NCBI RefSeq assembly: GCF_009914755.1
Contig: NC_060926.1
Direction: 5' to 3' (one strand)
Length of the DNA stretch: 64,000 nt
From: the human T2T-CHM13v2.0 reference genome, Homo sapiens
In this document: positions 14,891-29,440 of the stretch, one piece after another
How positions within the stretch are numbered: the stretch's first letter is position 1
Layout of the letters: each line of letters starts with the position of its first letter
The notes under the pieces: model-generated
What the model was told of the DNA's origin: nothing
What the model saw: the letters and a program-made list of their open reading frames with translations, nothing else
Databases searched by the model: none
Translations under genes and position numbers: made by a program

Positions 14891-15499
14891 AAAATATAAC
14901 TGTAATTGAAAACCTAGTTTCTGAATTGTACATTCTGTTTAACTCATGTTCTTTCTCTTTAATCGTCAATTTCTTCACTGACATCACAAAAATACTAGGA
15001 ATTTTCCAATTAAAGTACCAAAAAATAAAAATCAGAAAAATAAAGAAGTATTTTAGAACCAAACCTTCTCTAGAATAAAGTGTCATCACTCTTTATTCTA
15101 GGCCTCGAAATGAAATGGCACAGACTGTCTTTGTCTCCTCTCCCGAAGATGCTTGGTTTATTCAGTAATCACCTCCCAACTTTGCAATGGCTCAGAAAGA
15201 TAGCCTTTACTTTGCATACCTTCTAAAATACTAGCCTGATTCAAGTATTTATCATTCTTGAATTGTAGCTAGTAACTTCTTCACTGGTTTCCTTGCCTGT
15301 AATTTCTTACCTTTGCAGTCATCCCCAGATATTGCCATAGGGCTATCTTCCTAATGCAGAGATCAAATCATGTTGTTATACTTAAAATATTTTTGGCTCT
15401 ATCATCCACAGAGTATGTTTCAGATTTCCAGACATAGCATCATGACCTTTCATGTCCTATTGCCCGATTGCTCTTTTAGCATCACTTCAAACTTCACTG

Positions 15500-15756
15500 T
15501 TTTTTTTTTAATATATATAACTTTTAAGTTAAGGGATAAAGGTGCAGATTTGTTACATAGGTACACTTGTGTCATGGGGGTGTGTTGTACAGATTATTTC
15601 ATCACCCAGGTGTTAAGCCTAGTACTCATTAATTATTTTTCCTGATCCTCTCCCTCTTCCCAACTTCTGCACTCCAGAAGGCCCCGGTTTGTGTGTTGTT
15701 CCCATCTACGTGTCCATGTGTTCTTATCAATACCTCCCACTTAATAGTGAGAACTC
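15500..15756 (-). mobile_element. Older L1PA (about PA12-16) 3' end, 5'-truncated
   Basis: gtgtcatgggggtgtgttgtacagattatttcatcacccaggtgttaagcctagtac...gtgagaac. Confidence 0.85.
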
Positions 15757-16254
15757 CAAATGTCCATAAATATAATATACCATTTTATGCCTTTAAGTCT
15801 TGTTGTTTACATCTCTTATTCTTCTAGTCTTTCAAGGCCCACCACAAATATCACGCTTATATCTGACAATGGAAAGAAATATTCCTGCTCTCCTAGGGCA
15901 CTTTGCTTTACCTATATTACAAATCTTATTTCATTTCTATTTACTTTAGTTAGCTTTCATTTGTTTCACTCAGCACAAAATAATGTAGTCTTGAAATCAG
16001 GACCCACCTTCGATTGATCTCTGACCTAGAGTCGTTATCTGAATTCAATATATTTGTTTGTCTTGCTTTTAACCAAATATATTTGGAATCCGTTTATCCA
16101 TACACTTATGAGGAAACAGTATTGAAAAGGCTGCTATCCATTAATATGGCTGTGGAAAAAAAATGTCACCTTAGTTCTATTTTAAGATAGGAAAAAGTCA
16201 TCTATTTTTAATAGATTTGATAATACTTTTATGAGTTTAAATCTTACTGATGCT

Positions 16255-16340
16255 GTACGGTTGTGCTATCCAATATGGTAGCCAATAGACAGATGAGGTT
16301 ATTTACATTTGTATTTAAATTAATCAAAATAAAATAAAAC
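16255..16340. mobile_element. MER3/MER33-type hAT fragment
   Basis: gtgctatccaatatggtagcca...atttaaattaatcaaaataaaataaaa. Confidence 0.55.
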
Positions 16341-16589
16341 TTCCATACATATACCATTTTATGCCTTTTATTCTTCTTCCAAGGTTTCAGTATATTATAG
16401 AAATTTTTATCACAGAATTTTCCGTTTAAAAACTCTGCTCTAAAGTTTAATCTCAAAATATAAATTACTCCTGCGCTAACTTGGTAAAATCCTGATACAG
16501 AAATGACATAGTTTACAGTAGATTTTTTGCATTGTTTTGATCTAAGTTGAATATAGTCACCAGGCAATTGTTACAGGGAGTCATCATTT

Positions 16590-16896
16590 CTTTTTTTTTT
16601 TTCTTTTTTTTTTGAGACGGGGTCTCGTTTTGTTGCCAGGCTGGAGTGTCGTGGCGATCTTGGCTCACTGCAACCTCCGACACTCTCAGATTCAAGCGAT
16701 TCTCCTGCCTCAGCCTCCCGAGTAGCTGGGATTACAGGCACCTGCCACCACGCCCGGCTAATTTTTTTTGTATTTTTAGTAGAGACAGGGTTTCACCGTG
16801 TTGGCCAGGATGGTCTCGATCTCCTGACCTCCTGATCCACCCGCCTCGGCCTCCCAAAGTGCTGGGATTACAGGCGTGAGCCACCACGCCCAGCCT
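16590..16896 (-). mobile_element. AluS (Sc-like), full length
   Basis: Antisense Alu; TSD core atcatttcttt on both sides. Confidence 0.95.
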
Positions 16897-19800
16897 TATC
16901 ATTTCTTTAACACTTTAAAACTTATTCTAATGAACTCAGTTGATTGCATATACCCCTTTACCCATCCAGGTCACATGAATCACTGTACTAGAATCAGCTA
17001 CTCTAGGGAAAAGAGGAGAAGAGGTTGTGCATGTTTGTGGAGTATGTATTATTAAACAAAAGTCCCAGTTCCCTGTGGTAGCAGATCTGACCATTCTGAC
17101 CATCCTGTGGCTCAATTTTAGGAAATAATGTCTAAGAAGGAATCAAGAATGAATGGATGTACTGCACTCAAAATATAAATTTGTTCTCATCACTAGTGTG
17201 GATGTGTTCCATCCTTACTCAATAATTGTATACAGTGTCATGCCTTCAAACCTTACATAATGGTCTGTACTTCATTCATTCTCATCCTTCAAGGTTCACC
17301 TTAAACTTTTTTTTTTCCTAGGTTTTCTCCACACTAGCTAGGAAGTTTGCATGTATAGAATGTAATGAAAAAATGAAATTTCTCTATGCAGGAATTCGAC
17401 GTTGTGTGTTGAATCCTGTGATAACAGCATTTCTTAAGCAGACTCAATATATATTTGATCACCTAACATGAAAATTGAAACTGGCATCTGTTTGTAAACC
17501 ACCACTTTGCTGGCTCAATTTTAGACCTGCAAAGGAATTTGTTGCCCTTTTGTTAACTAGATAAGCTATATATTTCACTTTGAAAAGACATGTCCCTGCA
17601 ACTTTGATGGTGAGATACTGCCTCATAACATTCATTTTTCTCTATTAAGGTATTATAGTTTTGATTTAATAATTTTCAGCGGAGATTCATTTAACACTAG
17701 AGTGAATGAAAATCTAAAAGAGGATCAAATGGTTATTAGTGGAAACATAATAACATTTGCCAATTGACTTTCAGTAATGGAGAGACTCCTCAGTGGGAAG
17801 AAATCTTTCATGTTGTCCTGATAGAGAACTCTTTGCATATATAATCAATGAGGTATGGGCATAGCTTCATCTTTGGTATGAATAAGAAAAAAGTTGTCGT
17901 AGAAAGCTATAGAATTAAAATTTATTTTTCAGGAGTATTGTTTGCTTCTTTCAAAAGTGGTGGTAAAAATGATACAGGGGAAGATACCCTCAAATAAATT
18001 AGTATAACCAAGTAATAGTTTTTCAGAAATAGATTAGAAAATATTCATCCCCCAAAATTAATGTTTGATAGTTACATTTATCAATTTCCTTTCTACGATG
18101 CTAATTTTAACATCACAATGCTTTCATTAGTGCATTATATAAAATATCAGGTATATGTAAATTGCTGTTGTTGCAATAAGGTTTTGTTGTTTAAAAATAA
18201 GATATCCATTCAATATACGTGTATTAACACTAACCACAGCAAAAAATCAAAAAGAAAAATTAAGAGCACTTTTTCTCTACTCCCCTTGAACACACTTATC
18301 TCTTATGCCTTAAATTAGATTGTATATAACAATTCTAATATATTGGTATCTATATAATTATATAACTTAATTTTAATCAGGGAAGCAAATGAATATTCCT
18401 CATCATTTTAAACCTTTTTATTGTTATACCATTTCGTTTTTCCCTGTTTTTATGCTTTTGCATGTTTAACATAATATGAAACCTCAAAAGATATCTCTGG
18501 GCAACTTCTGAAGATTGCTATGTTAGGATTGCTAAACAAATGTATTCAAATGCATTTTCATGACTGAATTTTTAATTACGCAAGTTCAGTGTTAACCTTT
18601 TCCTTGCTTCTTTGAAAATTGTTTTAGGATGTTTCTGAAAATAACATCATCCAGATTAAAATGTTGAAAATACCCCAAAACATATAAGGCTCATAAAGAG
18701 TGTGGGATGTAAGCGTGCCGGCTAATCTAGTTCTCTTTCTCATAAAGGGCAATAGTGGCACTTAAGAGCCAGTATACCTATTCCTTTTCATTGTAATAAA
18801 ACCATTCCTGAAAGTGACTTTTTCCAGAGCAAATGACTCTAACATGTTGTACTTCAGAGGTAGATTGTCATAACTCACTAAAGAAAGTGACCATTGTATA
18901 TCTTAATAAAAAAATTACCTGTTTATTCAAGTATTTTTTTTTTCAAGCTGAAGATATTTTCTCCTGCCCTCCCAAAACTTAGCACAACGTTTCAGTAGAA
19001 AGGGGTATAATCTAACTGCTGTCATGGCCAACAAATGGAAAGGAATGCAGAAGAAATAAAGAAATGTGTGTTTTTCTGTTCTAATAGAGAAACAAGTTAA
19101 ATACATTAAATCATAAAAACAAAAACAAAAAACACCCTGACAATATAAAACACTTATGAAAAGTCTACTGGTTAAAAGTGAAAATTTTGAAAGCAGTAGT
19201 TGTATATAATCAGTGAATATGCCTTGCTTCTTTTCAAACAAGTGGTTTTTAAAGGTGTATTGCATTATGATCACATAATATGTATTTATTTCATAATTTA
19301 TATAAGTCTTCTTAAGCTGAATCACTCAAATACAAAAACTTGGGCTTTATTTTAATATTTTTGTAAAATGGTTTTTTCACATGGATTGCAAATATCATAT
19401 AAACCGATGTTTAACATGAATATATTAAAGATTTCTTTGGATTATAATTATATGAAAGAGTTATACATTTGTGTTCTCAAGACCTTTGTTATACATTGTA
19501 TAATGACACTTTCTACCAAATATGAATGAGAAATAGTAAATAACTATTAAGGCAAAAGACCAGAAGAGGAAATCTGTAAGGAAAGACAATATAAATATTC
19601 CTAGTTTTTAAATTAATTTTTAATTATGTTCTTTCTGATGACTTAAAACAATGAGGGTCTGCACAACTGTAGTCTGAATTCAGTGTTATCCTCTTTTGTT
19701 AAATTGAAAAAGAGGCAAGGATAGAAAAATCATTCACTGGCTAGAGAATGCTTCTGGTCAGGTCATGGATTCATGCTGTTTTCAGTATATAATTTCATTG

Positions 19801-20457
19801 TCAATTGAAATAAAGTGCTAATTGAGCACAATATTGATGGGTGGTTCAGAGGTGAGACTAGTATAGTTCTCTAAAAGGGATTAATAATAACCACTCCTGT
19901 TGCAGCTTCCACCAACATGTCTAGGAGAGCCATGCAGAAGGCAATTATCTGTTCCTCAAAGACATTTCTCCTGGTGCATAAATTATCGGGGGCCTAGACT
20001 AGCGGCCCTATAGACCCAACCAGTAGCTCTTTCTGTCTCAAAGTGGTTTATATCATGAATGGCCTTTGTTCTGATTTGGTCAAAATCTTCATATACTTTG
20101 AAACTGTTATAATTTAAAGACTTCACAAAGGGACACAATACTAGTCTCTCATTGCGTTCAGTTCTGTAAAGGCATCTACTGTGTTACTGCTGGATAATAA
20201 TAACCTTCAAATGATTCTATAATTTTAATATGTTCATCATCACAAATTTCAAACTTTGGTTTAGGTTTGCCTTCTGAAGCAATACTGAGTACATTGTTTC
20301 CATTTTGACAAGTCAAACAACCTTTCAGATATTTGGGGAAAACTAAGTTCTGTGGTTGATTGATAACTATAATTTTTGTACCCCATATTCTTCTTCATTT
20401 TGCATTGTCTTTTAACGTTTCCTTTGGAGACCTTATCCCAATGCCAGGTGCTTCAGA

Positions 20458-20560
20458 GGAAGTTTTCTCAACCTCACCACTATTGATATTTCAGACCAGA
20501 TAATTCTTGGTCATTGGGACGTGTCCTGTGTATTACAGACTGCTTAGGAACATTCTTGGG
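20458..20560. mobile_element. MER20 fragment
   Basis: ttctcaacctcaccactattgatatttcagaccagataattcttgg...tgtcctgtg. Confidence 0.7.
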
Positions 20561-23352
20561 AGTGTTTGTGGTGGTATGAAAATGTTGAGAAAACTGTACT
20601 TCCCAATTTCCCAAGCAGTTGGGAGAAGCTACTTGATGCAACTCTGGCAAATGAGAAGCAAACAGAAGATACTAGCCGATGCCTCTGAGAAAGCTCTTTA
20701 AAGGATATAATCACTTCTTGTTTGTTCTTTCTCACTGAATCTTATTCCGTAAATGCAATGTCAAGTGATGTGACAACAGTGTTATGCTTCAAGCCCAAGC
20801 AAGACTCTAAGAATACTGGAGTGAGAGGATTCCACCAGTCTTGGTCCTTGAATCTTTCTTTGCTCATTTTGGCACTCAGTCTCCAGATATCTTGTTGGGG
20901 GAAGGATAGTGGCAGGAACTAACTTTTTTAATCTACTAGTTTTATTTTGTCTTCTATAAAGAAATTGAAATCTACATAATCTCTAACTAATAGTAATAGC
21001 TTTGCTTTAGGAAAAAAACAAGTGTCCATATTATAAATATCTCAAGCTTCTTCTTATGTTCAGCTGTTTTCAAATGTATTTTTTTTCAGTCATTCTTATT
21101 TATCATTTCTCAACTACAATGGGCAAGGTACCCTACTAAGCTCCAGAGATAAAGATAAAAGAAACAATATTATTATTTCCTCAGAAAGTCTCTGAGGATA
21201 GTGAAGACAAAACTAATGGAACTGCTAGTGTTTTGTGATAATTGTGTGTAAACTATCAGGAGAATAGGAGAATATTAGACAAGATAGGAAATGAATCTCA
21301 ATAAAAAAGAAAATATAATAAAATGTCACTGTTAAATCGTTTAAAACATATGATAAAGGCAGGAGGAGCTATTGCTGACAAATTCCTAATTTTATATCTG
21401 TTACCTCAGCATCATATATGAAGACACAAAACAAAACCTGAGTTTTAAATTTCCAAAACTATCTGTTGCCTATCCGCATGATTTTTCTTTTACTGTGTCA
21501 CAGACTAGTATATTTTCAAGTGCCTAGCTAGGCTCAATTTTATTTTTGTTTCAGTTTTATAATATTTAATAACATCTTTTCTCCCCAAAGACCTTTGCTT
21601 AGAAACCAAGAGATACACCATGAGGAGCAAGTGTTGTGCTAAGTACCCCACCGTGGCGCGATCTGTGGGCATGCACCTGCCTTCCTCCCAGTGTGCTGAT
21701 TGCATTCCTCTCACTCCCATTGTCAGATTTGCTTCATGAGCTCTAGACTGTGTCATTAGTTATGACTCATCAATTGTGGCATAATCATATCAATTCCAGC
21801 CCAGTGTCTTCTGTTCTCATTTAAATACAAATTTTTCTTCTATTGCCAAGCTATCAAATATGTTTCATTCACTGAGTCTTTGTAATAAAAGGTGAAACAG
21901 CACAGTCTGCACTCAACAGCCAGATTTTTTTAAAAAGGTTGTAACATTCAAATGATTTGCAGGCATTTTTCTAACACATTCTTTATTTTTGAAAACCTAA
22001 CATCTATGACACCACATATGTATATCTGCTGATTGTAGTTAGCAGTCTCATTCAACACTTATTAAAAAACATGAAATTGTCAATCCTATCAAGTTGTTTT
22101 TTGGTTGTTTTAAACAGCTTCTTAGCCATCTTGGAACTGACCCAGAGTGTAAAGGTCTTGAGGATTCTCTTCATCAGTATTACCTGAATACAAGCCTTCT
22201 GAAAGGAAAAAGAAACTCTAGCTTTTCAAACCAGAAAGTCTAGTAAAATTCAATATTGTAAATTGAATTTCTTTATTTTTAACAAAATATAATAAATGGT
22301 AGACAAATCCATTCTTACAGTTCTATTTACAATCCTCTTTCAGTTTTATCTATGTAAGCACCACCATGTAGGTTTATTATATTTTCTGTTCACGTTTTTT
22401 TTCCTACATTTTATTAGTTGCATTTCCCCCTACATTTTTATTTTAGTGCTGACCTTCAATTCCTCAGGGGTCAGTTCCTTGTACATAAATAATACTTCCA
22501 TGTTTCATGAGGTCAGTTACCGCTCAAATCGGCACAAATGGCAGAAAATAAAAACAACAGAATCCAAAACTTCCCCCTGAGATTTTATCACATGTTATAA
22601 TTTTAGGATTCCCACGTAGGTAGCTTTTACTTTATTGACAGATTGAAGTTTAACTGTAGCCAATTTTAAAAGACAGAAGTACGACTGAGTTATCATATAG
22701 TTCAGTGACAAATCATATTAACATTATATTTTGATATATCTCAATACAAATACAGATAATTCTCTGATATCTTAGACCCATCTCAGATACTTTTGTTTCT
22801 ACATTAAAAATAGAAATAATTCAGGAAAATAAAATTGGTGAAAATTACAAAGCAAATATCCAATTTTTTCGAAAGAACAAACTTGTCTCTAATTGTCATT
22901 CAATGCAATTTCATTTTTGTCTTCTGTAGTTCTTTAAATATGTATTCAGGAAAAGTTTCCAGATCTGTAAAAAAATATAGCAGCTTTCATGACTTCTTTT
23001 GGTTATTGGTATTTAATAGATAGTTATATTATGTTGTAAACCACAATTTTATTTCAGAAATTAGAATATGAATTTCTATATTTTAATTAAAATATAATCC
23101 AGATATGTTTTCTCCCCTACCTCTTTCATCTGTAGGCTGTGGGAAGGGGTCATTCTTGGTTTCTTTTCCTTTCCAGCGGTCTTCACCTTACTTACCCCCT
23201 CTCCTATTGGATAACTGCTTCTACTGACCACTCTAGGACTGAAGTCTGGAAGTAGGAGTGGTAATGAAGAGAGAAATTTCTTTCTTAACTGATAGTAAGT
23301 GATCATTTAATCTACAACTGTCAATTCCCATGAAACTTTTCACTTTCTAGAA

Positions 23353-23584
23353 TAAGCTTGTCCAACCCGCAGCCCAAAGGCCACACACAGTCCAGGACAG
23401 CTTTGAATGAGGCCCAATAGAAATTGGTAAACTTTTAAAAAACATTATGGGATTTTTTTTTTGGTGTTTTTTTTTTTCTTTAGCTTGTCAGCTATCGTTA
23501 GTGTTAGTGCATTTTATATGTGGCCCAAGACAATTTGTCTTCTTGCAGTGTGGCCCAGAGAAGCTAAACAATTGAACACCCCTG
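23353..23584. mobile_element. MER30 (hAT-Charlie MITE), full length
   Basis: gtccaacccgcagccc...gttagtgttagtgcattttatatgtggcccaagacaat...acacccctg; exact 8-bp TSD ttctagaa (23345-23352, 23585-23592). Confidence 0.92.
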
Positions 23585-23689
23585 TTCTAGAAGTTCATTC
23601 CATGCAATGGACTCCCACCCAAGTGTTCTTAAAGAACACTTGGCTTCAAGCCATCTGCCATCTTTCATTGCTCATGTGGATCATTTCCG

Positions 23690-24205
23690 ATCTGGGCTAA
23701 AAGGTAATGCATTCGTGGGCCCTGAAATCCAGAAAGTGAAACCCCGGGTCAGCTACTTAATTTGCAGGATCCCTTTTACAAACAAAAGAAAATATAATAG
23801 AATTTTTCTTCCTATGGTTTCTTTCTTGACCTGTCATGATGTTTTTTCTTTGCTCTTAATTTCACTCTGCCTTGGAAACAGGGATGCTCACAGAGCGCTC
23901 AAAATTACTCAGGATATGACCCTGAGTCTCCTTGTATTTGGACTCAGACCCCTGCTGGGTAAGAGGTGGTGTAGTGGTCTCTAGGTATCAGTGGGGGAGC
24001 AAGATGGCAAAAGGTGAGATCACATGTGAGCTGAGGCCCCATGCTCCTGGCTCATGCTCCATTGTCCCATCAGAGTTCACTTACAAAACACAAATTCAAA
24101 GATAAAATTATTAAGGATTTCAAGACAGTAACAGTAAAGTTTTGAAGGATCCACTGAATGTGGGTTCTTATACAACTACAGTGGTCACAAACCCATGAAA
24201 TTGAC
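23690..24205 (-). mobile_element. MER45-family (hAT-Tip100) element
   Basis: catgctccattgtcccatc...cacttacaaaacacaaattcaaagataaaattattaaggatttcaaga. Confidence 0.65.
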
Positions 24206-24489
24206 AATCTAAATGTATTAGCCGCTGTTCTTTAATTTACCAGCAAAACAGCTTATCAGCCTTTGTCTTTTACTCTTACAATTCTGGAAAATAATTAATT
24301 AAACATCAGACTCCTGTGCCACTCCTAAATTTTGGAGATATTCATCGAGCTTTATAAATACTCTCTCCTCACCTGAGAGAAACATTGCTATCCTCCCATC
24401 CAATGTGGCTATTCTAGAACACCTTTCCCAACTAAACATTTCATAAGAAAGAAAATTCTTATTTTCCTCAATTCTGACAATTATTTCTG

Positions 24490-25040
24490 GTGTTTTGCGT
24501 TGTGTCATCTTGAGTAGGCAAAAAAGTACATTTTTTTTCAAGATGTCCTTCTCTGTATTTTCCAAAAGAGGAACTCGTACATAACTGGGAAAAAGGAAGT
24601 AAGGTGGTGGCCTTTATTCTCTGAAGGTCATCATAATCAAATGCAGTATCCAATCAATGCAGAGGTTCCAGCCAGCTTGCAACCTGTCCTAAATCTGCTC
24701 TATTCCACGTTCAACACCTTTGCCAACTGTTGCCTCTGTCCATCAACAGCAGCCCAAGACTCACCAAAAGATTCTTAGATGTGAATCCACAGAGGTGGTA
24801 GCTACACAAAATCACAGCCTCTCAAAGGGCATCCCAGGAGCAACCCTTACATAAAGAGATATGTTTGGTATTTCATATTGACTTGTTAGTGAGAGGTCCT
24901 CTGATTCTTGAACTTCCCTTTCAGACCTTGAGTTTCCCAGCTACTTGTACAGCTCTACACATCTACTTCCTTTAATAAGTCCTTTATCCCATAAAACACA
25001 TTATTAACTTTGCTCCCCTGTCTGACTCCTGTCTGATATA
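24490..25040 (+). mobile_element. Old ERVL-type solo LTR (LTR41-like)
   Basis: Start tgtgtcatcttgagtaggc...tccttctctgtat; end aataagtcctttatcccataa...ctgatata. Confidence 0.45.
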
Positions 25041-25924
25041 TCATTTTGTACTTGTATTTTGAGTTAAGCAAGTTCTTACCAAGTAATTTTAAAATCTACA
25101 TCTTGTAATTCTGTTGATTTATTTCCTATGGTCTTAGTCAAATTTTTGATTTTATAATCTAACTATACTGGCACTAATTCTTTATGCTGTGGTCATTGTA
25201 TCGGGGACAAAATCAAAGTGTCATTCATCAAAAAAGCAATGTGGAAAGGAGTAAAGAAGTCCCTGGAAATACTAGGTGCTCATATTGTAAAAATTTACCT
25301 TGGGCAGTTATCCCTAGGCTTTCTACAAAAAACAGGTTGACATTAGATCTAGCAGTTTAATCTGTATTGTCTTTGATTTGTCACAAATGTGTGTCATGCC
25401 TATAATTCCCAGAAATTACACTGCTTCAGCCTCACTGATAGTAAACCTGTGTGCTCATAGCTCTTATGATATATATCTAATTAGTGCCTGCAGGGAAAAT
25501 ACCCCTAAAGGTTCTGTCCTATGTTCTGATAACGGATTCTTTCACTGTTACTTCCATGAAAGACGTTTTCTTCTCTTACAATAAGAAGACCAGGATATTC
25601 TGCCTCACTATCAGTTTGTGTAGAGGTTGATCTGTTCTCCATTTTAGAAAATCAGCAGTGGGACCAATATTGCTTCTGAAACTGTGATATATGCACTTTG
25701 CATTTTATAATTTTATTCATTCTGAGAACATCAGACATAAAAGATTTTGCTTCATCATATATCCCCTGACTTTCTCCCCATTTTTTTTTATTCCTTCCTT
25801 CAGCTTGACTCAAGCTATGCACACTCTGGGCTTTGAAGACATGGCCCAGCTTTGGTCTCTGGGGACTGGTTGTGCTGTGCCAAACATTTCTTGTGCCATG
25901 GTCCCTCTTTCCAGAATAACTTGT

Positions 25925-26410
25925 TTTTTACTTTTATTATTGGAAGTGATTGATTGTGCAGAATCGATATAATTTCCTGATTAAATGTTTGGTAAGATTT
26001 AGCAGTGAACTTATCTAGCCCTGGTGCTTTCTGTTTAGCAGGGTATTAATTATTAATTCAGTTTCTTTAATAGATAAAGGCCTGTTCAGATTATCTATTT
26101 CTCCTCATGTGAGTTTTGGTTGATTGTGTCCTTCAAGGAATTGGTACATTTCACCCTCGTCATTAAATTTTTGTGCATAAAGTTGTTCATAATATTCCTT
26201 TACTATCCTTTAATGTACATGGGATCACTAATGATGTCCTCTCTTTCATTTCTGGTATTAATAATTTATATCATCTCTATTTGTTTTAGTTAATCTTGAT
26301 AGAAGTTTATCAATATTATTGATGTTTTCAAATAACTAGCTTTTTTCTTTCATCAGTTTTTTTTCTATTTAATTTTTGGTTTTAACTTTATTGATTTCTA
26401 ATTCAACACA
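25925..26410 (-). mobile_element. L1M (MB/MC) ORF2 fragment
   Basis: cagtgaacttatctagccctggtgctttc...ttcagattatctatttctcctcatgtgagttttgg. Confidence 0.8.
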
Positions 26411-26944
26411 ATTTTGAAAATGCATAAAGGAAAGCACAGTATTATAAAAGGTACCAATTCTGTTGAAACATACTTAAATATTTTTAAATAATTTTTAAAA
26501 TTATACTAAAAGGTTTTTTCTAATGCATTAATAAGACAACATGTATGAACTATAAGCAATAAATTTTATTTGTTAAAGGCAGATTAGTGTTAAGGTATTC
26601 TCTTTAATTTGAAGAAATTATTAAACCATGAGGTAAAATTTGATAAATCCTCATATATATCATGTTAGATATCTAAATGATTTATTTTTGTTGTTTCTTT
26701 ATAATTTAATTTTATTGTTTGTCTGTTTACCAATGTTAAATATATTGATTTGTAAGGATTTACTCTTCCAAGTGTAACTAAGGTTTTCATAATTCACACT
26801 AGATGAAGGCAGATGTCCCTCAAGAAAACTTCAAATTTTACAAGATTTTTTGATGAAACTCCAACTAGAGTAATTTTTTTCTGCTAAGATTTAAAATGGA
26901 AATTCTTAATATTTTGCACCTTGGAAGAGTAATTTCTAAAACCT

Positions 26945-28200
26945 CTGTGTGATTTTCAGCTTCCGATTAGGATGTAGAAAGGTGAAAAGAATGATGCTCC
27001 CACCCTTAAGGTGAGAAATATTTGAATTATCTACAAAGTCATAAGTTGTTTTCAGCCCATCAGAGATGAAGTTGCATGGCAACCAAGTAAACTGATTCCA
27101 GAGAGGGACAAGCCCTCAAGGATGGAAAGGACACACAAAAGTTTCATCTTTGACCAATCAAAAAATGAAGAGGAAGTCACCATATAATCATATAAGAAAT
27201 CAGCTAAACTTTAATAAATTCTTAAAGGCTAAATGTGGGTAAATTGTGAGTTTAGAATAGCAGGAGGCCTCAGGCACAAGAAATGGTCATTTCTTAAACT
27301 CTTTTACACGGACCTTTGTCTGTTGAAGGGAAAGACTGGGAACTGGGCAGAAGATGAGAGAGACCCTGCTGCGTAGTGCAGGCTTCGGGTAATAATCAGT
27401 TGCTGCTGGGGGACAGGCAAAAAGCCTTGCCCACTACCCCAGAACATTCTTTCTTAGGAAGCAAAAGCTTTAAGCCACTATAGAAGAGACAGCACAACTG
27501 TCATTTCCACTAATCACAGGCAAAGATGCACTGAGGCTTGGGAACAAGTGGAAGAATGCATCCTATATCTTTGGAAGAGTGCTAGGAAACAGTTGTGGCT
27601 AAGATTCTATACCAATAACAAGAAGAAGCCTTTAACTACTATAGAGTGGTAAATATTTCCACCCAAAACCAATCACAGATCCAAGACAGAGTTTTATTGT
27701 CGTAGATGAGTTGGACACAATGCAAGAACACTAAGAATGCCCCATTTTGAGAAAAAAAATTCAGCTTAATTCAATGACAGTAGTCTAAAACCAACACAAC
27801 AAAAAGACAGAAAAAGGAATGAAAACTTGGACTTTTTTCACACAGGACATACCTAAGATTGAATGAGGCTGAGCCAGGGCAACATAAAACACCCCACTTT
27901 TTACCTCTATGCCAAGCCTGATACCAAATAATAAGCATCAGCTGTCTACGTATTGAGTAAGGGAAAGAGGAAAGACAGAGAACACCTCGGCGGTGCAGGA
28001 AGGTAAGGATGCTGAAAGCTGAGAGGGGAACAGAGGTACTAAACAAAATCCTCCAGCACCCCAGGACCCACCTTAAACCCAGCCAACATCAGCCATTCCT
28101 ATGGGAATTTGAAACCTGTGTGGACTGAAGGTAATGATAATCACAATAAAATCTATATCTAGCTCAAACCCCTTACTCTCGCTCTCTCATACAAATCATC
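26945..28200 (+). mobile_element. Old L1M (MD/MC-like) 5' region
   Basis: ttcagcttccgattaggatgtagaaagg...gctcccaccctt and downstream degenerate 5' UTR text. Confidence 0.5.
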
Positions 28201-28229
28201 GGACAAAATGATGTGCTCTTTTGCTGGCA

Positions 28230-29440
28230 TAAATATTATTTTAAAAATAATTACTGCTACCTACTTGATTTTGGAATAAAACATATGCTAGCCTTAGCTA
28301 GGCAATTTGTTTTTCTATATTCAGAAGTAGCATAATAAATAACAGATTCTTAAAATTCTGATAGAATTTACTTATCTGAGGATTTGAAGGAATGATCTTT
28401 AATAGACTAAGAAATAATTATTGAAATGATTGTTAGATACTGCCTGTAAAATCCTATATTCTTTATCTTTAGTTCCTATTATTAATATTTCTTAGTTGTT
28501 ACAGTCCTTACATCTTTCTGTCTCTAGCATTCACATTTATTACAATGAAGCTATTTTAATACTTAAAAATTTTTAATTGTGCATATTACACAGTCTCTCT
28601 TATTGTCTTGATTAACCTTCCACAGGTTTCTGTATCCTAAATGTTTTCTCAAAAACTAACTTTTGGTTAGATTAACATTCTTTGTTGTTGCTTTAAAGAT
28701 TTTTGTTCATTAACTATTTCTATTGGGTTTCCTCCACTGCTCTTTCTCCAATTTTTAATTGAAAAATAGAGCTCATATAATTTTAATCTTTAATAATAAA
28801 TATATTTCAATGTACATATTTTTACCTGAAATTATATTATGTCATGTTGTCATGTAAATATTGCCCCTCTAGTTTTTTAGTATTTAAGCCTGGTGTGTTA
28901 TAAAATAATTTTAATGTTAGTAGTTATATACATATATATCTTCTTTTAAATTTTTACTTATGTCAACAACATCTTTTGGCTCTTAATTATTAAAAAATTT
29001 ATAAAAGTCAGGATCCTTTAATTACTGCTTTTAACTCATTTGCATTTATTGTCATTATTGTTACATTTAACTTAGGCCAATTTATATCATATTATACATT
29101 TAGTCACATTTTTTGTTTGTTTCCTTTCCCCATTTCTTCTATTTTTTGTCTATAGAATAGCTCACTATATTAGTTTAACAAGTATTTAAATTTATCTCTG
29201 TGGTAATTATCTTAACATTTTAAATAAGAAAATAAATATTACTTTCTTAAACTATTGATATCTGCACATTGTATCTAAAGATACATTTGCTTTGTCATAG
29301 TCATGTGTTTCTTAGATTTCAATTTCATCTTTCTCATTATATAGATAATTTCTATAATTTCAATTCTGAATTGCTTTTGTTTTAAAATTTGCATTCTCTT
29401 TATTTTTTTCCTTGTTTTTCTCTTTTCTCTGAACTATAAA
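28230..29440 (-). mobile_element. Highly degraded L1ME-like fragments
   Basis: T-rich antisense L1 text, e.g. tttaactcatttgcatttattgtcattattg. Confidence 0.4.

Noticed and set aside
18628-18708. Plus-strand AG...GTAAGC exon-like segment (81 nt)
   Set aside because: Stops in all three frames, mediocre acceptor, and no supporting neighbouring exons.
24299-24653. Two overlapping minus-strand ORFs that look protein-like
   Set aside because: No recognisable family; they overlap a probable old LTR; length is within chance expectation.
27071-27083. gttgcatggcaac X-box-like sequence
   Set aside because: One base short of the canonical X-box and inside an old L1 5' region.
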